Source of the DNA: Naegleria gruberi
Taxonomy: Eukaryota
Assembly: GCA_000004985.1 (NCBI GenBank)
Contig: GG739144.1
Length of the DNA stretch: 7,358 bases
Strand: one strand, 5' to 3'
In this document: positions 1-7,358 of the stretch, in pieces
Layout: every line of letters begins with the position of its first letter
Numbering within the stretch: position 1 is the first letter of the stretch
Notes under the pieces: model-generated
What the model was told of the DNA's origin: nothing
Seen by the model: only the letters and a program-made list of their open reading frames with translations
Databases searched by the model: none
Translations under genes and position numbers: made by a program

Positions 1-12
1 GAAGAAGATTGA

Positions 13-589
13 ATAAATTCCACTGGAGAGAAAAATTGTCAATGAACGTTAAACTTTTTTTTTCAATTTGCGAGCTAAAAATAGTAAATCAACATCTTTG
101 AGAGATTTGTTGGTCTTGCAAGTTTTTGAATTGTAAAGCAAAATCAAAATATGGACTCTGTCAAAGGCAATTTTATGGAAGAAACATCAATGGTAATGTT
201 TATACAAAAGAGATTTCTTGTTCACTAAGGAGCTCAATAGAGATACGAAACTCTTTTATGACTAGCAAAGAATAAGAGTTTGTTTGGTTTTTATTGAAAG
301 TCTCATTTCTTTAAACATATAGATGTATCATTTTGCATTAAAACAATAGATCTGTTGATATTTTTAATATTTTCTTTTGTTTCGAATAAACTTTTGTGGA
401 AATGCTTTGGAACTACATTCAACCAGATCAATAATTTCTCTTCCGAAACACTCCTTTCCTATATTTCCAAGATAAGAAAACATTCTCGTAATTCAACTTG
501 TCAAAAACCCAAAAAGTCCACTCTAGAAAAATTCGTCCACTTTCGTCCAACTTCACAACGGCAACATTTAAGCAATAACACAAAAAAAA
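13..589 (+). promoter_or_regulatory. Intergenic/promoter and 5' leader upstream of the kinase gene (T9 tract 55-63, GATAAG at 469-474, A9 tract 581-589 directly abutting the ATG)
   Basis: No ORF with coding character and stops in all frames. A T9 run at 55-63 follows a possible upstream stop at 10-12. The string 'caaaaaaaaATGtcc' has the A-rich -1..-9 context and Ser second codon typical of efficiently initiated yeast genes. Short direct repeat 'ttcgtccac/ttcgtccaac' at 532-550. No convincing TATA box found by eye. Confidence 0.35.
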
Positions 590-836
590 ATGTCCAAATA
601 CACACGAGAAGACTTTGACTTTCTCAAACAACTCGGCAAGGGAGCCTACAGTGAAGTTTTCCTAACCAAATACAAGAAATCCGGCACACACTACGCCACA
701 AAAGTCATCAAGAAGGATTTCGTCATTAAGGAGAAGAAAATCAATACGGTCAAGATGGAGAAGGAAGTTCTCAACATGTTGAGTCATCCGAATATAATTT
801 CATTGTTTTGTACCTATCAGGATAAGGATCATTTGT
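590..836 (+). CDS. PDK1/PKH-family serine/threonine protein kinase, first coding exon (partial gene; kinase subdomains I-IV: G-loop, catalytic Lys, alphaC)
   Basis: Translation MSKYTREDFDFLKQLGKGAYSEVFLTKYKKSGTHYATKVIKKDFVIKEKKINTVKMEKEVLNMLSHPNIISLFCTYQDKDHL. It contains the glycine-rich loop LGKGAYSEV, the VAIK-type Lys motif YATKVIKK, the PDK1/Pkh hallmark IIKEKK(V/I)xYV, HPNI and T(F/Y)QD. Fungal Pkh kinases at this position have D(E/K)xxLYF. Here the frame reads DKDHL and then switches to non-kinase residues (CRLLFFSKAL, stop at 866-868). The break coincides with gtaggt at 837-842, so I place a phase-1 splice donor after nt 836, with the T at 836 starting the expected Tyr codon. The rest of the kinase must lie in the N-masked block. 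Confidence 0.75.
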
Positions 837-880
837 GTAGGTTGTTGTTTTTTTCAAAGGCTTTGTGATATTTATTCATA

Positions 881-927
881 ATATTTAATATTTAATATTA
901 TTTAATATATTATTTAATAATTTTAAT
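881..927. repeat. Degenerate AT tandem repeat (units TATTTAATA / TTTAATA)
   Basis: Sequence atatttaatatttaatattatttaatatattatttaataattttaat contains about 5 iterations of a TATTTAAT(A) core. Confidence 0.6.
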
Positions 928-947
928 GATGATGATGGTAATGATGA
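927..947. repeat. (GAT)n trinucleotide microsatellite
   Basis: tgatgatgatggtaatgatga, about 6 GAT units with one interruption. Confidence 0.6.
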
Positions 948-1051
948 AACTCTGGCGGATGAATATACATGTTTATAATACCGATCAAAAAACTATTATA
1001 TATGATTTTTTGTTTTTGCGTGGATGATGGAATAACCAAATATGAATATTT

Positions 1052-1063
1052 TCATCATCATCA
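1052..1063. repeat. (TCA)n microsatellite, reverse complement of the 927-947 (GAT)n; further copy at 1141-1158
   Basis: tcatcatcatca at 1052-1063 and tcatcatcatatcatcat at 1141-1158. These are the inverted complement of the GAT repeat about 115 and 200 bp upstream, so they could form stem structures in DNA or RNA. Confidence 0.55.
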
Positions 1064-1194
1064 ACATTATAACAACTTTTTGATTTTTATTACAATATAA
1101 TACTATATAATACTCTTTAATATTATAATAATTATTACGTTCATCATCATATCATCATATATAAATTAAATATATAACTTAACGTCATACTTTG

Positions 1195-4100
1195 NNNNNN
1201 NNNNNNNNNNNNNNNNNNNNNNNNNNNNNNNNNNNNNNNNNNNNNNNNNNNNNNNNNNNNNNNNNNNNNNNNNNNNNNNNNNNNNNNNNNNNNNNNNNNN
1301 NNNNNNNNNNNNNNNNNNNNNNNNNNNNNNNNNNNNNNNNNNNNNNNNNNNNNNNNNNNNNNNNNNNNNNNNNNNNNNNNNNNNNNNNNNNNNNNNNNNN
1401 NNNNNNNNNNNNNNNNNNNNNNNNNNNNNNNNNNNNNNNNNNNNNNNNNNNNNNNNNNNNNNNNNNNNNNNNNNNNNNNNNNNNNNNNNNNNNNNNNNNN
1501 NNNNNNNNNNNNNNNNNNNNNNNNNNNNNNNNNNNNNNNNNNNNNNNNNNNNNNNNNNNNNNNNNNNNNNNNNNNNNNNNNNNNNNNNNNNNNNNNNNNN
1601 NNNNNNNNNNNNNNNNNNNNNNNNNNNNNNNNNNNNNNNNNNNNNNNNNNNNNNNNNNNNNNNNNNNNNNNNNNNNNNNNNNNNNNNNNNNNNNNNNNNN
1701 NNNNNNNNNNNNNNNNNNNNNNNNNNNNNNNNNNNNNNNNNNNNNNNNNNNNNNNNNNNNNNNNNNNNNNNNNNNNNNNNNNNNNNNNNNNNNNNNNNNN
1801 NNNNNNNNNNNNNNNNNNNNNNNNNNNNNNNNNNNNNNNNNNNNNNNNNNNNNNNNNNNNNNNNNNNNNNNNNNNNNNNNNNNNNNNNNNNNNNNNNNNN
1901 NNNNNNNNNNNNNNNNNNNNNNNNNNNNNNNNNNNNNNNNNNNNNNNNNNNNNNNNNNNNNNNNNNNNNNNNNNNNNNNNNNNNNNNNNNNNNNNNNNNN
2001 NNNNNNNNNNNNNNNNNNNNNNNNNNNNNNNNNNNNNNNNNNNNNNNNNNNNNNNNNNNNNNNNNNNNNNNNNNNNNNNNNNNNNNNNNNNNNNNNNNNN
2101 NNNNNNNNNNNNNNNNNNNNNNNNNNNNNNNNNNNNNNNNNNNNNNNNNNNNNNNNNNNNNNNNNNNNNNNNNNNNNNNNNNNNNNNNNNNNNNNNNNNN
2201 NNNNNNNNNNNNNNNNNNNNNNNNNNNNNNNNNNNNNNNNNNNNNNNNNNNNNNNNNNNNNNNNNNNNNNNNNNNNNNNNNNNNNNNNNNNNNNNNNNNN
2301 NNNNNNNNNNNNNNNNNNNNNNNNNNNNNNNNNNNNNNNNNNNNNNNNNNNNNNNNNNNNNNNNNNNNNNNNNNNNNNNNNNNNNNNNNNNNNNNNNNNN
2401 NNNNNNNNNNNNNNNNNNNNNNNNNNNNNNNNNNNNNNNNNNNNNNNNNNNNNNNNNNNNNNNNNNNNNNNNNNNNNNNNNNNNNNNNNNNNNNNNNNNN
2501 NNNNNNNNNNNNNNNNNNNNNNNNNNNNNNNNNNNNNNNNNNNNNNNNNNNNNNNNNNNNNNNNNNNNNNNNNNNNNNNNNNNNNNNNNNNNNNNNNNNN
2601 NNNNNNNNNNNNNNNNNNNNNNNNNNNNNNNNNNNNNNNNNNNNNNNNNNNNNNNNNNNNNNNNNNNNNNNNNNNNNNNNNNNNNNNNNNNNNNNNNNNN
2701 NNNNNNNNNNNNNNNNNNNNNNNNNNNNNNNNNNNNNNNNNNNNNNNNNNNNNNNNNNNNNNNNNNNNNNNNNNNNNNNNNNNNNNNNNNNNNNNNNNNN
2801 NNNNNNNNNNNNNNNNNNNNNNNNNNNNNNNNNNNNNNNNNNNNNNNNNNNNNNNNNNNNNNNNNNNNNNNNNNNNNNNNNNNNNNNNNNNNNNNNNNNN
2901 NNNNNNNNNNNNNNNNNNNNNNNNNNNNNNNNNNNNNNNNNNNNNNNNNNNNNNNNNNNNNNNNNNNNNNNNNNNNNNNNNNNNNNNNNNNNNNNNNNNN
3001 NNNNNNNNNNNNNNNNNNNNNNNNNNNNNNNNNNNNNNNNNNNNNNNNNNNNNNNNNNNNNNNNNNNNNNNNNNNNNNNNNNNNNNNNNNNNNNNNNNNN
3101 NNNNNNNNNNNNNNNNNNNNNNNNNNNNNNNNNNNNNNNNNNNNNNNNNNNNNNNNNNNNNNNNNNNNNNNNNNNNNNNNNNNNNNNNNNNNNNNNNNNN
3201 NNNNNNNNNNNNNNNNNNNNNNNNNNNNNNNNNNNNNNNNNNNNNNNNNNNNNNNNNNNNNNNNNNNNNNNNNNNNNNNNNNNNNNNNNNNNNNNNNNNN
3301 NNNNNNNNNNNNNNNNNNNNNNNNNNNNNNNNNNNNNNNNNNNNNNNNNNNNNNNNNNNNNNNNNNNNNNNNNNNNNNNNNNNNNNNNNNNNNNNNNNNN
3401 NNNNNNNNNNNNNNNNNNNNNNNNNNNNNNNNNNNNNNNNNNNNNNNNNNNNNNNNNNNNNNNNNNNNNNNNNNNNNNNNNNNNNNNNNNNNNNNNNNNN
3501 NNNNNNNNNNNNNNNNNNNNNNNNNNNNNNNNNNNNNNNNNNNNNNNNNNNNNNNNNNNNNNNNNNNNNNNNNNNNNNNNNNNNNNNNNNNNNNNNNNNN
3601 NNNNNNNNNNNNNNNNNNNNNNNNNNNNNNNNNNNNNNNNNNNNNNNNNNNNNNNNNNNNNNNNNNNNNNNNNNNNNNNNNNNNNNNNNNNNNNNNNNNN
3701 NNNNNNNNNNNNNNNNNNNNNNNNNNNNNNNNNNNNNNNNNNNNNNNNNNNNNNNNNNNNNNNNNNNNNNNNNNNNNNNNNNNNNNNNNNNNNNNNNNNN
3801 NNNNNNNNNNNNNNNNNNNNNNNNNNNNNNNNNNNNNNNNNNNNNNNNNNNNNNNNNNNNNNNNNNNNNNNNNNNNNNNNNNNNNNNNNNNNNNNNNNNN
3901 NNNNNNNNNNNNNNNNNNNNNNNNNNNNNNNNNNNNNNNNNNNNNNNNNNNNNNNNNNNNNNNNNNNNNNNNNNNNNNNNNNNNNNNNNNNNNNNNNNNN
4001 NNNNNNNNNNNNNNNNNNNNNNNNNNNNNNNNNNNNNNNNNNNNNNNNNNNNNNNNNNNNNNNNNNNNNNNNNNNNNNNNNNNNNNNNNNNNNNNNNNNN

Positions 4101-6507
4101 NNNNNNNNNNNNNNNNNNNNNNNNNNNNNNNNNNNNNNNNNNNNNNNNNNNNNNNNNNNNNNNNNNNNNNNNNNNNNNNNNNNNNNNNNNNNNNNNNNNN
4201 NNNNNNNNNNNNNNNNNNNNNNNNNNNNNNNNNNNNNNNNNNNNNNNNNNNNNNNNNNNNNNNNNNNNNNNNNNNNNNNNNNNNNNNNNNNNNNNNNNNN
4301 NNNNNNNNNNNNNNNNNNNNNNNNNNNNNNNNNNNNNNNNNNNNNNNNNNNNNNNNNNNNNNNNNNNNNNNNNNNNNNNNNNNNNNNNNNNNNNNNNNNN
4401 NNNNNNNNNNNNNNNNNNNNNNNNNNNNNNNNNNNNNNNNNNNNNNNNNNNNNNNNNNNNNNNNNNNNNNNNNNNNNNNNNNNNNNNNNNNNNNNNNNNN
4501 NNNNNNNNNNNNNNNNNNNNNNNNNNNNNNNNNNNNNNNNNNNNNNNNNNNNNNNNNNNNNNNNNNNNNNNNNNNNNNNNNNNNNNNNNNNNNNNNNNNN
4601 NNNNNNNNNNNNNNNNNNNNNNNNNNNNNNNNNNNNNNNNNNNNNNNNNNNNNNNNNNNNNNNNNNNNNNNNNNNNNNNNNNNNNNNNNNNNNNNNNNNN
4701 NNNNNNNNNNNNNNNNNNNNNNNNNNNNNNNNNNNNNNNNNNNNNNNNNNNNNNNNNNNNNNNNNNNNNNNNNNNNNNNNNNNNNNNNNNNNNNNNNNNN
4801 NNNNNNNNNNNNNNNNNNNNNNNNNNNNNNNNNNNNNNNNNNNNNNNNNNNNNNNNNNNNNNNNNNNNNNNNNNNNNNNNNNNNNNNNNNNNNNNNNNNN
4901 NNNNNNNNNNNNNNNNNNNNNNNNNNNNNNNNNNNNNNNNNNNNNNNNNNNNNNNNNNNNNNNNNNNNNNNNNNNNNNNNNNNNNNNNNNNNNNNNNNNN
5001 NNNNNNNNNNNNNNNNNNNNNNNNNNNNNNNNNNNNNNNNNNNNNNNNNNNNNNNNNNNNNNNNNNNNNNNNNNNNNNNNNNNNNNNNNNNNNNNNNNNN
5101 NNNNNNNNNNNNNNNNNNNNNNNNNNNNNNNNNNNNNNNNNNNNNNNNNNNNNNNNNNNNNNNNNNNNNNNNNNNNNNNNNNNNNNNNNNNNNNNNNNNN
5201 NNNNNNNNNNNNNNNNNNNNNNNNNNNNNNNNNNNNNNNNNNNNNNNNNNNNNNNNNNNNNNNNNNNNNNNNNNNNNNNNNNNNNNNNNNNNNNNNNNNN
5301 NNNNNNNNNNNNNNNNNNNNNNNNNNNNNNNNNNNNNNNNNNNNNNNNNNNNNNNNNNNNNNNNNNNNNNNNNNNNNNNNNNNNNNNNNNNNNNNNNNNN
5401 NNNNNNNNNNNNNNNNNNNNNNNNNNNNNNNNNNNNNNNNNNNNNNNNNNNNNNNNNNNNNNNNNNNNNNNNNNNNNNNNNNNNNNNNNNNNNNNNNNNN
5501 NNNNNNNNNNNNNNNNNNNNNNNNNNNNNNNNNNNNNNNNNNNNNNNNNNNNNNNNNNNNNNNNNNNNNNNNNNNNNNNNNNNNNNNNNNNNNNNNNNNN
5601 NNNNNNNNNNNNNNNNNNNNNNNNNNNNNNNNNNNNNNNNNNNNNNNNNNNNNNNNNNNNNNNNNNNNNNNNNNNNNNNNNNNNNNNNNNNNNNNNNNNN
5701 NNNNNNNNNNNNNNNNNNNNNNNNNNNNNNNNNNNNNNNNNNNNNNNNNNNNNNNNNNNNNNNNNNNNNNNNNNNNNNNNNNNNNNNNNNNNNNNNNNNN
5801 NNNNNNNNNNNNNNNNNNNNNNNNNNNNNNNNNNNNNNNNNNNNNNNNNNNNNNNNNNNNNNNNNNNNNNNNNNNNNNNNNNNNNNNNNNNNNNNNNNNN
5901 NNNNNNNNNNNNNNNNNNNNNNNNNNNNNNNNNNNNNNNNNNNNNNNNNNNNNNNNNNNNNNNNNNNNNNNNNNNNNNNNNNNNNNNNNNNNNNNNNNNN
6001 NNNNNNNNNNNNNNNNNNNNNNNNNNNNNNNNNNNNNNNNNNNNNNNNNNNNNNNNNNNNNNNNNNNNNNNNNNNNNNNNNNNNNNNNNNNNNNNNNNNN
6101 NNNNNNNNNNNNNNNNNNNNNNNNNNNNNNNNNNNNNNNNNNNNNNNNNNNNNNNNNNNNNNNNNNNNNNNNNNNNNNNNNNNNNNNNNNNNNNNNNNNN
6201 NNNNNNNNNNNNNNNNNNNNNNNNNNNNNNNNNNNNNNNNNNNNNNNNNNNNNNNNNNNNNNNNNNNNNNNNNNNNNNNNNNNNNNNNNNNNNNNNNNNN
6301 NNNNNNNNNNNNNNNNNNNNNNNNNNNNNNNNNNNNNNNNNNNNNNNNNNNNNNNNNNNNNNNNNNNNNNNNNNNNNNNNNNNNNNNNNNNNNNNNNNNN
6401 NNNNNNNNNNNNNNNNNNNNNNNNNNNNNNNNNNNNNNNNNNNNNNNNNNNNNNNNNNNNNNNNNNNNNNNNNNNNNNNNNNNNNNNNNNNNNNNNNNNN
6501 NNNNNNN
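1195..6507. other. N-masked block / assembly gap (5,313 N)
   Basis: Uninterrupted run of n from 1195 to 6507. Its length is a multiple of 3, which is why the ORF caller produced a 1793-aa poly-X 'protein'. Confidence 0.99.
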
Positions 6508-6550
6508 AATTTTGATAATGTAATATTAAAGATATTGATAATTGGGTATA

Positions 6551-6572
6551 GGGAAACGGAATTTCCTAATTA
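6551..6572. repeat. Copy A of a short GGGAAACGGAATTTCC...AATTA motif family (imperfect palindrome GGAAA-n5-TTTCC)
   Basis: gggaaacggaatttcctaatta shares the GGG(A/T)AACGGAA core with 6668-6680 and 6712-6724, and the GGAA(A/T)TTCC(C/T)AAATTA half with 6829-6848. Confidence 0.45.
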
Positions 6573-6664
6573 GGAGTCATCACAATAAAATTTATTCATT
6601 AATGATGTTCACAAACTTTGAATTAACACATTACATGATGAATTACATTTTCAAACAATTTACT

Positions 6665-6733
6665 ATCGGGTAACGGAAATTAATACATCCATAACATTAA
6701 ATATTAACCATCGGGTAACGGATTTTAATACAT
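6665..6733. repeat. 24-bp direct repeat pair (atcgggtaacggaaattaatacat at 6665-6688; atcgggtaacggattttaatacat at 6710-6733; 22/24 identical, 45-bp period)
   Basis: Read directly from the sequence. The two copies differ only by aa versus tt in the middle. The intervening 21 bp are unrelated. Confidence 0.8.
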
Positions 6734-6816
6734 GTACAGTATGTTTATAATTGGTCGACGCACAGAAATTTAAATAAAAAGAATTAACAATAATAAAAGC
6801 AAAATGCTCACAACAT

Positions 6817-6848
6817 TGGAGAACGGGAAATGAAATTCCCAAATTAAA
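6817..6848. repeat. Copy D of the motif family: AACGGGAAATGAAATTCCCAAATTAAATT (imperfect palindrome GGGAA-n6-TTCCC)
   Basis: ggagaacgggaaatgaaattcccaaattaaatt; the outer GGGAA/TTCCC arms are inverted repeats. Confidence 0.45.
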
Positions 6849-6890
6849 TTGAGAAACAACACAATCACAATAATTCATACTATCAAAATG

Positions 6891-6948
6891 AATTGAACCC
6901 GGGTCACGGCGATGGCAACGCCGTATTCTACCACTAAACCATCGACGC
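6891..6948 (-). tRNA. tRNA-Gly(GCC), 3'-truncated: nt 1 through the T-loop (58 nt) present, 3' T-stem strand and 3' acceptor strand absent; probable pseudogene/fragment
   Basis: Minus strand reads GCGTCGA TG GTTT AGTGGTAG AATA CGGCG TTGCCAT CGCCG TGAC CCGGG TTCAATT. This gives a 7-nt acceptor 5' strand, a D arm with the fungal GGTTTAGTGGTA pattern, an anticodon stem CGGCG/CGCCG, loop TTGCCAT with anticodon GCC, a T-stem 5' strand CCGGG and T-loop TTCAATT. The next bases are CATTTTGATA instead of the required CCCGG+TCGACGC(A), so the cloverleaf cannot close. It is very similar to fungal tRNA-Gly(GCC) as recalled from memory. Confidence 0.7.
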
Positions 6949-7064
6949 TTCACATTTAATAAGTAATTATTCTTGATTGATAACTAAAGTTATTTAACAA
7001 TTGAGTTACAAAATCAATTTCAAAATCGACAACAGTCACAAACAAAGTTAAAAAAATCAGAACA

Positions 7065-7358
7065 ATGATCACCACCAACAATTCCTCCACCAAAAAACAC
7101 TCAAATTGTCCCACCTCTTTCTTTCAAGTTGATGATTTCCACAAGAAACATTCAACTTTTAATACCTATCCCTATGATCCCTCTCAATTCCGAAATCAAT
7201 ATGATGATTGTCTAGAAAAGGCTGATTATAAGAAAATTAAAAGGCTCCGAATACTTGTTCAGAGACAAACAATTGATATTTGTAGGGATCAATACTATTT
7301 GTACAATTTTAAAAATCATAGAAATTCTAAAAATCAAATTGATGATGATGAAATGTAG
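7065..7358 (+). CDS. Hypothetical small protein (97 aa), N-terminal Ser/Thr/Asn-rich, no recognisable domain
   Basis: ATG at 7065 in an A-rich context (acaATGa). Open for 97 codons to TAG at 7356-7358, which is exactly the window end. Codon choice (ACC, TCC, AAC, CAC) resembles the kinase exon. No homology recognised. It could also be the first exon of a longer gene. Confidence 0.45.
   Translation: MITTNNSSTKKHSNCPTSFFQVDDFHKKHSTFNTYPYDPSQFRNQYDDCLEKADYKKIKRLRILVQRQTIDICRDQYYLYNFKNHRNSKNQIDDDEM

Larger units (their letters stand above)
837..1194 (+). other. Putative intron of the kinase gene (5' portion; acceptor not visible, presumably inside the N block)
   Basis: GTAGGT donor-like hexamer at 837-842 exactly where the kinase homology ends. 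The following 355 bp are roughly 80% A+T and simple-repeat rich, with stops in all three plus-strand frames. No kinase-like translation (YFVLEYA, HRDLKPEN) appears anywhere in 839-1194. No clean TACTAAC branch site is visible (nearest is 'aacttaacg' at 1176-1184), so the 3' end is unresolved. Confidence 0.35.

Noticed and set aside
1-12. Possible 3' end of an upstream plus-strand gene (gaa gaa gat tga = EED*), followed by a T9 tract
   Set aside because: Only three codons are visible. This cannot be supported from the window.
151-240. Mini-exon ATG...TCAATG followed by GTAATG and a possible CACTAAG branch / AATAG acceptor (48-bp intron-like)
   Set aside because: Splicing 192 to 241 runs into a stop codon within 7 codons, and the unspliced ORF is only 26 aa. 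There is no coding support.
355-618. 87-aa plus-strand ORF overlapping the kinase start out of frame
   Set aside because: It lies in the promoter and leader region, has low-complexity AT-driven composition and no homology signal, and would collide with the well-supported kinase start at 590.
428-631. 67-aa minus-strand ORF
   Set aside because: It is antisense to the kinase start and promoter, has no coding features, and is most likely a chance ORF.
837-868. Extension of the kinase ORF to the TGA at 866-868 (residues CRLLFFSKAL)
   Set aside because: These residues do not match the conserved YF(V/L)LEYA continuation of any protein kinase and begin exactly at a GTAGGT donor. They are read-through into the intron, not coding.
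1195-6507. Idea that the masked block is an LTR retrotransposon (its size of about 5.3 kb is Ty-like, and a tRNA gene is nearby)
   Set aside because: No TG...CA LTR termini, target-site duplication or LTR sequence is visible in either flank. The tRNA's upstream (preferred Ty target) side faces away from the block. The block must in any case contain the remainder of the kinase gene.
1192-6573. 1793-aa ORF in the supplied track (M followed by X's)
   Set aside because: It is a translation of the N run. Only the last 21 residues come from real bases, and those are AT-rich non-coding sequence ending at the first stop (6571-6573).
6596-6605. Perfect 10-bp palindrome TCATTAATGA and nearby ATTACAT direct repeat (6629-6650)
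   Set aside because: Short AT palindromes and repeats of this size are expected by chance in about 75% A+T sequence. Nothing else supports a function.
6665-6733. CRISPR-like reading of the 24-bp direct repeat with a 21-bp spacer
   Set aside because: There are only two copies, the context is eukaryotic, and there are no cas genes. It is a simple local duplication or motif pair.
6663-6953. 96-aa minus-strand ORF (MKRRWFSGRIRRCHRRDPG...)
   Set aside because: Its Arg/Gly-rich N-terminus is simply the translation of the GC-rich tRNA-Gly fragment on the same strand. The rest runs through the short repeat family. It is not a gene.

Overview
Only about 2.0 kb of this 7,358-bp window is readable, because positions 1195-6507 (5,313 bp, 72%) are N-masked.

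The readable flanks look like AT-rich fungal nuclear DNA, probably a budding-yeast-like genome. Three cues support this: an A9 tract immediately before an ATG-TCC start, compact intergenic regions, and a tRNA-Gly(GCC) of fungal sequence type.

Left flank:
- About 580 bp of intergenic/promoter sequence (1-589).
- The first coding exon (590-836) of a PDK1/PKH-family Ser/Thr protein kinase. It has the GxGxxS loop, the catalytic-Lys motif YATKVIKK, the IKEKK PDK1 signature and SHPNIISLFCTYQD.
- The reading frame then breaks down at a GTAGGT donor into a very AT-rich, repeat-laden stretch (837-1194) that I interpret as an intron running into the masked block.

Right flank:
- An intergenic region (6508-7064) containing a family of short GGG(A/T)AACGGAA-type motifs, including a 24-bp direct repeat pair.
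- A minus-strand tRNA-Gly(GCC) at 6891-6948 that is cleanly truncated after the T-loop. It lacks the 3' T-stem and acceptor strands and is followed immediately by TTTT.
- A 97-codon plus-strand ORF (7065-7358) that ends exactly at the window edge.

The 1793-aa ORF in the supplied track is an artefact of translating Ns. No prokaryotic-type systems (CRISPR, operons, defence islands) are visible in the readable sequence. Anything novel in this window would most likely lie inside the masked block and cannot be assessed from the data given.
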